64,000 nt of DNA from Octopus vulgaris (Eukaryota): assembly GCA_951406725.2 (NCBI GenBank), contig OX597831.1:67022001-67086000 (forward strand), written 5' to 3'. Position 1 is the stretch's first letter. The number at the start of each line of letters is the position of its first letter. Under the pieces are notes generated by a model. It was not told where the DNA came from. It was given only the letters and a program-made list of their open reading frames with translations, and made no database searches. Positions 56,397-64,000 of the stretch are shown one piece after another. The translations under genes and the position numbers were made by a program.

Positions 56397-57192
56397 ACCT
56401 ATCTATAAGGCATGGGGTTGTAGTAGAAGACATTTGCTTAAGATGTCCACGGTGTACGACTGAACCTGATACTATATGGTTTGGGAGTAGTTATACCTGC
56501 GCCTACATCATCATAATGTCCACTTTCCCATGTAGAGATACACATACTGAAGTTTATTGTATTTTGTACAAGCAAGAACAAAAAAGAAGCAATGGTGGAG
56601 TTGCTATGTACATCCGCAAATGTTACTCTCAGAATTCTGTTGTTACATTCAAAGTTAGTTTGTGATTCACTAATGGTATGTATAAAGCAAGTTGATCTGT
56701 TAATATGTGCCTCATATCATCCAGCTGATGCAGGTAATCAATGGTAAATTTGAGAAAAAGCTTTAAAATGAGGTCAGTACATCAACCCTAGATCAATCAG
56801 CCCTAACCGTAACGCATTAAGGTACATTATCCACAATGTGGTGCCCTAGCATGGCCATAGCCTTAGGGCTGAAACGTATAAAAGAATGCGAAGGTATAAT
56901 AAGCAATTTTCTCTGACCATTGAACTAACAGTCATCATTATCAATCGAAGTGCAAGTGTGACCATAACCTCGTGGCCTATGCTAGGGGGTAACCAGTCCA
57001 CTTATGTGTGCCTTTTCTTCATTGGACACTAAACTCTGCTTACGAAGACCAGTTGAAGCAAGTGAAAATCGAAGTCAAAATCAAACTCGGTGACTGGCAT
57101 CCATTGCTAGTGGAGCGCTAACAGTACCATACGAGTGAGATCGTTGCCAGAGCTACAAGCTGGCCTTTGTGCCGGTGGCACATTAAGCACAC

Positions 57193-57538
57193 GCCTTTAG
57201 TCGAGCAAATCGACCCCAGGACTTATTCTTTGTAAGCCTAGTACTTATTCTATCGGTGTCTTTTGCCGAACCGCTAAGTTACGGGGACGTAAACACACCA
57301 GCACCGGTTGTCAAGCGATGTTTGGGGGGACAAGCACAGACACACAAACATATGCACACACATATACATATATACGACGGGATTCTTTCAGTTTCCGTCT
57401 ACCAAATCCACTCACAATGCTTTGGTCGGCCTGAGGCTATAGTAGAAGACACTTGCCCAAGGTGCCACGCAGTGGGACTGAACCCGGAACTATGTGGTTG
57501 GTAAGCAAGTTACTTACCACACAGCCACTCCTACGCCT
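57193..57538 (-). mobile_element. SINE family 1, 3' end missing
   Basis: Reverse-complement match ending cagccactcctacgcc. Confidence 0.9.
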
Positions 57539-57937
57539 ATGCTTTTCTTTACTTGTAAAAGACATTCTTTGCTTAGTCTGGGTTGATGGCATTACTTGAA
57601 TGTCTATTTAGCAGACTGAACTCATTGTAACAGCTTCAGAATAATCCCTATGATGCCCAGATGAAGTCCCTTCATCCAGAAATTGGCAGCATTTGTTGTT
57701 TATATTTAATTCCACATACCTGTTAAATAACTTCAAGGTAGGTCGTTTGGGTATTTGGTAAAGTTTGTTATGAAACAGTGATATTTTTTCCTGTTAGGTC
57801 TGATCATGTTAATGAGAATACTAGTTGGATGACCAGTTCATCATCATTGTCATTCATGAATTTATCACCAACAATATTTTGATTTCATCATGCATCTTAT
57901 GAACCAACATTTTTTCAGTCATTCTACCAAAAAGTGG

Positions 57938-58243
57938 TGTGGAGGCACATGGCCTAGCGGTTAGAGCAGCGGTCGAGGGATCGCGGGTTCGAATCTCAGA
58001 CCGGGCGATGTGTGTGTTTATGAGCGAAAACACCTAAGCTCCATGCGGCTCCGGCAGAAGGTAATGGCGAAACTTCTGCTGACTCTTTCGCCACAACTTT
58101 ATCTCACTCTTTCCCCCTGCATCTTGCAGCTCACCTGCAATGGACCGGCGTACCGTCTAGGTGGAGAACCTATATGCCAAGAAACCGGGAAACTGGCCCT
58201 TATGAGCCAGGCATGGCTCGAGAAGGAACATAAAAAAAAAAAA
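57938..58243 (+). mobile_element. tRNA-derived SINE (family 2)
   Basis: tggcctagcggttagagc ... ggttcgaatctc; homologous to 20247-20541. Confidence 0.9.
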
Positions 58244-58361
58244 GAAGTGCTGAATTTCACTTTCTGATCCTGCTTTTTTTCTGTAGCCTTCACTGCAGAT
58301 GGAGTTCTCTTTTACCTCCAGCCTTTGGATGTCAGCTTTTGATTGTAGAGATTGTCTAGAC

Positions 58362-58686
58362 CAGTGGTTTTCAACGGGGGTTCATAAAAGACTCTTGGTG
58401 GTCCACACAACAAAATAGTAAATTGGGGATCCACAATAGTATCTTAAGGGTCCCTGAAAAATGTCATTTTGTATGTATTGGTATGTATTGTAAGAAACAG
58501 CTAGGGTTCTTTCTGTAGCATTTTACATAGTTCAACTTACACAAATTAATGTGTGAAAAACAAAATAGGAATTTTGTAAAAGTTTCTATAAAACTAGCTT
58601 TTAAACATTGAATGGCTATGGGAGTCCACCAGAATAGAATAGTAATCGAAGGTGTCTGTAGGTTAAAAAATAGTTGAGAACCCCTT
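58362..58686. mobile_element. hAT (Charlie-like) MITE, 8-bp TSD GTCTAGAC
   Basis: Termini cagtggttttcaac / gttgagaacccctt; TSD at 58354-58361 and 58687-58694. Confidence 0.85.
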
Positions 58687-58760
58687 GTCTAGACAGTAAA
58701 GATTTTAGTTTGTTTTCCGTGGTTCCAAGTATGAAATTATAAATTATAAAATAATATGTA

Positions 58761-58921
58761 GGCGCAGGAGTGACTGTGTGGTAAGTAGCTTGCTTACCAA
58801 CCACATGGTTCCGGGTTCATTCCCACTGCATGGCACCTTGGGCTAGTGTCTTCTACTATAGCCTTGGGCTGACCAAAGCCTTGTGAGAGGATTTGGTAGA
58901 CGGAAACTGAAAGAAGCCCGT

Positions 58922-58968
<47 letters not shown>

Positions 58969-59179
58969 ATATGTTTGTGTGTCTGTCCCCCCACCATTGC
59001 TTGACAACCGATGCTGGTGTGTTTACGTCCCCGTAACTTAGCGGTTCGGCAAAAGAGGCCGATAGAATAAGTACTAGGCTTACAAAGAATAAGTCCTGGG
59101 GTCGATTTACTCGACTAAAGGGCAGTGCTCCAGCATGGCCGCAGTCAAATGACTGAAACAAGTAAAAGAGTAAAGAGTA
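58761..59179 (+). mobile_element. SINE family 1, full length
   Basis: tRNA-like head through TAAAAGAG tail. Confidence 0.92.
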
Positions 59180-59370
59180 TAAGTACTTATTAATTTCAAT
59201 TCAACAAAAAAACCCTCCTAGAAATTGCCTTAGTGTCTAAGAAAAGGAATTAAGACTCGAAAGCTTAAACATTTTAGATTTTCATTTTTATTTACTGATA
59301 ATGTCTGTTATAGTTAAATGCAATCTTGACATAGAACTTTTTTTTTTCAACTATGCATGTAGTTGTTTAA

Positions 59371-59759
59371 GGATTTTTTCAGTTTGAACGGCAGTGTTTT
59401 CTCGCGGTGTCATATGAAATTGTCACCCATAATTATGACCCTAGTTTCAATCTGTTTTAGGGTTAGGGGTTGGAGAAAGAGTATCCTTTTTCTTCACAAT
59501 TGTAAATAAACCCAATCTGTTTTAATGGACATATTCATATGGCACAGAATGTTTTTTTACCTCAATAGACGTCAGTGATTGGTTGAAATTGCAGAAATTG
59601 AAGAAAAAAACAACAAATATCTTACAAACTATAGAATTTTCTCAAGAAAGCCAAGAGAAAAAAATGTTTTATAAACACATTCTACCAGTATACGAAGTTT
59701 AAAATTTTTTAGTTACCTAGAAATTACGTTAAAAACTGCCATTCAAACCGAAAAGATCT
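59371..59759. mobile_element. GGATCTTTTC MITE (opposite orientation to 35784), 8-9 bp TSD (G)TTGTTTAA
   Basis: Diverged TIRs; gttgtttaa at 59362-59370 and 59760-59768. Confidence 0.85.
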
Positions 59760-59804
59760 GTTGTTTAATCCAATGTACACAAATTTTTATATGCATATAT
59801 TGTT

Positions 59805-59839
59805 TATTTTAAATAATTCTTTTTTTCTTTCTCTTACAG
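59805..59839 (+). promoter_or_regulatory. Putative 3' splice acceptor of the zinc-finger gene's coding exon
   Basis: Polypyrimidine tract ttcttttttttctttctcttacAG, ~190 nt upstream of the ATG. Confidence 0.65.
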
Positions 59840-60028
59840 TGTTTTATCTTGTGGCCTGAAGATGGTGAGCAACAGTGAGAAGTACCTGTTATAGAAACAT
59901 TCACATCATCACATCCATTTCCACACACACACACACACACTCTTCTTACCACAGCTGCTTGAGCTGCTTTTACATTCCTATTCCTTTGCTCTGAGGAACG
60001 TCTTTGCACATTTGGTGCAACAAGAACC

Positions 60029-63000
60029 ATGGACCATGTTAAATTCAATAGCAGCAGCAACAACAGCAGATGCTCACCATTACCCCCAATCGGCAAACTA
60101 CAGTCACCTGTACAGAACAATAGCAATGGTGATAACCCTCTCGGCAGCATCAGCAGCAATGGTCGCCACAGCAAGCCTCTCTACCATCACAGCTATCTTA
60201 GCAGTAAATCTAGTGTCTCTATGACAGGTGTTAAAAACTTGAAGAACACCTGTGGTAAATTCAGTGGCAGCAGTAGTCTGTTAAATGGGGCTACAGGCAG
60301 CGGTAGTAGTGATGGTGGTAGTGCATACAGTGTGTCGATGAAGGCCAACAGTAGCTACTTGAAGCTCTACGGCACTGCCAGTCATAATAACAGCATCAGT
60401 TCGTCGTTGACAAATGCAGTTTCTGGTAACAGTCACTGCAGTCAACAGCATCTACAACATCGACAGCAGCAGGCCGTGGCCACAGTAGCTACTTCAAACG
60501 CAGTCGTCAAAACTAACAGTCCAAACATAAACCTAGTTCTGAATCCGAAACCAATATTGGAAGCTGCGGCGGCAGAGAAAGAGAAAGTACAAGAAAAAAT
60601 GGGAAATGGCAATGATGATGATGATGACGAGGACGACGACGAAGATGATGGTGTTGATAACGATGACGATGATGATGATGATGATGACGACGATGATGAT
60701 GACGATGATGATAATCATGATGATGATGAAGGAGGAGGAGAGGAAATGGGGAAAAGTGATAAAAAATTGGAAGGAATGATTGAAAATTATGTAAAGGTAG
60801 AGAAAGAAGAGCAGACAGAGGGTGGAGACAAGCAACTCCAGCCAAATAGCAACACCCCAAGTACAGGTAAAAGTAGTAGTTCTGCTTCTGTTGATGGCAG
60901 TGCTACAGCATCTAGTCTCAGTCTGAAGGAAAGAGAAAGCATCTATGAGTGGTCATATGATGAGCCAGAGGAGGAAAGCAATCAGCCATACAAAACCAAG
61001 TACCAATTATTCTCACATCTACGCAAGAGCAACATTGATCGACCATTCAAATGTGTGCACTGCGAGAAGTGCTTTGCAACTACCTCACACTTAAAGTCGC
61101 ACGTGCGCACACACACGGGGGAAAAGCCACACAAATGTCACAAGTGTCCACGTGCATTCTCAGAACAGTCGTCACTGAAGAGGCATTTGCGTCTGCACAG
61201 CGGAGAGCGTCCATATGTCTGCCTGCACTGCAGGGAGTCGTTCTACAATCAGACTTCGCTGAAAAACCACCTGGCCAAGCACACAGGCGAGAAGCCGTAC
61301 AAGTGTCTGAAATGCCAAAAGTCCTTTATTCATGCCTCCCACTTGAAGTCACATCTTCGCACCCATACGGGTGAAAAACCATTCATGTGTCTCGAGTGCA
61401 ATCGACCGTTTTCAGAGCGCACATCGTTACGCCGTCACATGCGTATCCACACAGATGAAAAACCGTACACTTGCAAGCAGTGTGGCAAAGCTTTTCATAA
61501 CCAGTCTTCACTGAAATATCATGTCACTAGCCATGACTCCCAGAACAATGACCAGACCAACAACACCGAGGACGGTAAGGACAATAGCAAAAAAAAAAAC
61601 AACCGTTCTGCAAAAGCTAACAAATCATCAAAACGAGGTGGAACTCGAACTAATGCAAAAGGTACATTTAAATGCAAAGAATGCAACAAGTCATATGTTG
61701 ATGAATCCAACCTGAAGCGACATACTTCTTTACACTCAGGAGAGCGATCTTTCAAGTGTTTACGTTGTGACAAGGCTTTCTTTAGCCAAGCTAGTCTTCA
61801 ACAGCATGTACGTACTCACACTGGGGAGAAACCATATTTATGTGTCCATTGCAGCAAGAAGTTTTCACAGCATTGTGATCTGAAGCGGCACCTACGTACC
61901 CACACAGGAGTACGTCCACATCAATGTCCCCATTGTGAGAAAGTGTTTTGTGAGCACTCTTCCCTAAAGAATCATTTAGCTACTGTCCACACAAGCAAAG
62001 AACAGCAGTCTGAACTGTGGCACTGTTCTTACTGCGCTGAAAGCTTTCCTGATGAACTGACACTTCAGCAGCACATGCATAGTGCGCATAATGCTACAAC
62101 CTTGCAACCTCCTGCTGATGAGACCTCTGTGCAACGAAGTTCAACACCATTGAGGTGCAGTGAGTGCGGTAAAGATTTTTCGCAGAGTTCTCAATTAGAA
62201 GAACATTTCTCTGCATGTCATCAGCCTGCCAGCAAAAAGATTACTTCATCTCCCAGTAATCCTGTTAACACATTGACCCAAAAGTCACCTTTCACGTGTG
62301 TCTATTGCGGGAAGGCGTTCAGTCATCGCACTTCTCTCCAGCGCCACATTCGCATCCACACGGGTGACAACCTGTACAAATGCACTCAGTGCAGCAAATC
62401 GTTCTGTCAGAAGTCCTCCTACGAGTATCACATTACCATTCACTCGGGAATCAAACCTTATGTGTGTGTCACGTGTGGTAAAGGATTTGCACATCAGTAC
62501 GGGTTGCATCGTCATGTACGTACACATGCTGCAGAGGTCGCGGCTGAGGATGCCTCTAACAACTTGAACGTTTTAGTTAAAAAAGAAGACGAGGATGAGG
62601 AGGATGACGACGATGACGACGATGATGATGACGACGATGATGATGACAATGATGATGATGACGATGATGAGGACGATGACGATGATAATGATGATGATGA
62701 CGACAAAAATAATGGCAATAATAATGATAGCAATAAAAATAACAATATCCAGATGGATACGTTGCAAATGTCAAAATCTGCTTTAATTTCAAATCCTTCC
62801 CAAACTGTGTCTAATGGGTCAAAGATAGGTCCTTTGGCGCATCCACCTCACCCATCACACTCCTCACACAGGCATTTACCTATTCATCTTAATCAGTCAC
62901 AACAGCAACAACATTCTCAACAAAAACAGCCCTGTTTAAACTCACAGCAAGCACTCCATCATCAGCAGCAGCATCATCACCATCATCAACAACAATCACA

Positions 63001-63136
63001 AATTCAGCATCAACATCAACAACAACAACAACAGCAGCAGCAGCAAGTAACTGGACAACAACAGAATTATGACAATGTTGATTTTAACCTTTGTTTGGCT
63101 ACAAATATTTCTATCAACTCCACTTCTACAAGCTGA
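60029..63136 (+). CDS. C2H2 (Kruppel-type) zinc-finger protein, 1035 aa, 15 fingers (6+4+1+1+3), two poly-Asp tracts, C-terminal poly-Gln/His
   Basis: Uninterrupted ORF; repeated CxxC-x12-HxxxH with TGEKP/SGERP linkers; start context ACCATGG. Confidence 0.93.
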   Translation: MDHVKFNSSSNNSRCSPLPPIGKLQSPVQNNSNGDNPLGSISSNGRHSKPLYHHSYLSSKSSVSMTGVKNLKNTCGKFSGSSSLLNGATGSGSSDGGSAYSVSMKANSSYLKLYGTASHNNSISSSLTNAVSGNSHCSQQHLQHRQQQAVATVATSNAVVKTNSPNINLVLNPKPILEAAAAEKEKVQEKMGNGNDDDDDEDDDEDDGVDNDDDDDDDDDDDDDDDDDNHDDDEGGGEEMGKSDKKLEGMIENYVKVEKEEQTEGGDKQLQPNSNTPSTGKSSSSASVDGSATASSLSLKERESIYEWSYDEPEEESNQPYKTKYQLFSHLRKSNIDRPFKCVHCEKCFATTSHLKSHVRTHTGEKPHKCHKCPRAFSEQSSLKRHLRLHSGERPYVCLHCRESFYNQTSLKNHLAKHTGEKPYKCLKCQKSFIHASHLKSHLRTHTGEKPFMCLECNRPFSERTSLRRHMRIHTDEKPYTCKQCGKAFHNQSSLKYHVTSHDSQNNDQTNNTEDGKDNSKKKNNRSAKANKSSKRGGTRTNAKGTFKCKECNKSYVDESNLKRHTSLHSGERSFKCLRCDKAFFSQASLQQHVRTHTGEKPYLCVHCSKKFSQHCDLKRHLRTHTGVRPHQCPHCEKVFCEHSSLKNHLATVHTSKEQQSELWHCSYCAESFPDELTLQQHMHSAHNATTLQPPADETSVQRSSTPLRCSECGKDFSQSSQLEEHFSACHQPASKKITSSPSNPVNTLTQKSPFTCVYCGKAFSHRTSLQRHIRIHTGDNLYKCTQCSKSFCQKSSYEYHITIHSGIKPYVCVTCGKGFAHQYGLHRHVRTHAAEVAAEDASNNLNVLVKKEDEDEEDDDDDDDDDDDDDDDNDDDDDDEDDDDDNDDDDDKNNGNNNDSNKNNNIQMDTLQMSKSALISNPSQTVSNGSKIGPLAHPPHPSHSSHRHLPIHLNQSQQQQHSQQKQPCLNSQQALHHQQQHHHHHQQQSQIQHQHQQQQQQQQQQVTGQQQNYDNVDFNLCLATNISINSTSTS

Positions 63137-63692
63137 CTGGGTGCTGACACGGTGGGCTAGGGAACTGAACTTCTGAGCATAAGCTATTCACCATCCTCAC
63201 CCGGAAGAGAGAGAGGTGTAGATATATATCTGCTTATCTATCAATTCATTATTTCTTAAACCATCTAACTCTATGTCTAAACCACATTTAACTGTTTTAT
63301 CCTGTCTACCTGTCCGTCTATTTTTTAATGTCTATTTATTTGCCTATTTCTGGCTATTACCTATCAACCTATCTAGCTATTTATGTGTATGTATGCCTAA
63401 ACATTAGTGCGGTTCTATCTCCAACTATATTTCCTCTCACCTATTACTATTATCAGATTTTAAACCAAGGTTTTCATTACATTTTCTTGGTTAAATATAC
63501 CAAATTAGAATTGGTTTTTTTTTTCCTTGTTTTGATTTTTTTTCTCTACTCTTAGTTTATTCCCCACCATCTTTTTTTTTCCTATGGGTCGTTTGGTTCT
63601 GCGAAGTCAGACCTTTTCAATTACTACACATGACATGTATAGTTGGGTGCTAATATTTGTTTGACACTTTACTTTGAAGTAGAAACCGAATG

Positions 63693-63698
63693 AATAAA
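63693..63698 (+). other. Candidate polyadenylation signal AATAAA
   Basis: AATAAA about 560 nt after the stop codon; the motif is common in AT-rich DNA. Confidence 0.25.
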
Positions 63699-64000
63699 GC
63701 AAGCAACCAGGGCGAGAAGAATGTGTTACTTGAGATTGAACTTGTGATTATGATCATCATACAATCATTAGGCCAGTTTATCATGTATGTGGGCATCTAA
63801 AAGCTCATTTAAGATTAAAAAAAGTAAAGTGGAGTAAGATAAGATAATAACCTTGTCTTCACTCCTCATGTTTTAAGGAGAGCTGTTGGGTCAAGAGTGA
63901 GCTGGAAAATTGTCCAGTTGAGTTGAGTTTTCGTTGCCACTACCACACTACTTTCAACTGCTTTTGCCTTTTTCTGTTGCATCCAAAGATCATCACCATG

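Noticed and set aside
60513-62792. Antisense and alternative-frame ORFs over the ZNF gene
   Set aside because: By-products of GAT trinucleotide repeats

Overview
Eukaryotic, intron/intergenic-type, extremely repeat-dense AT-rich DNA. The repeat families (tRNA-headed SINEs with internal TA/TG tracts, RTE 3' ends with GAT tails, multi-kb (TA)n) and the C2H2 gene are consistent with an octopus/cephalopod genome; that assignment is inference from family resemblance. The only credible host gene is a single-coding-exon C2H2 zinc-finger ORF (60029-63136, +, 15 fingers, two poly-Asp tracts, poly-Gln/His tail). The rest is a mosaic of mobile DNA: an inverted pair of near-identical CR1-group LINEs; a Helitron cluster with head-to-tail junctions; a decayed Penelope-like element; RTE, Tx1/L1, CRE-like and Gypsy relics; Tc1/mariner and hAT elements; three SINE families; and a TTAGGG-bearing MITE family with 8-9 bp TSDs. 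The best candidate for an unannotated system is a ~363-bp x3 tandem array (6487-7544). Each monomer carries, on the minus strand, a minimal type I hammerhead ribozyme with the U3-A8 core variant, which is a retrozyme/Penelope pLTR-like architecture. Most long ORFs in the supplied track are (TA)n translation artefacts.
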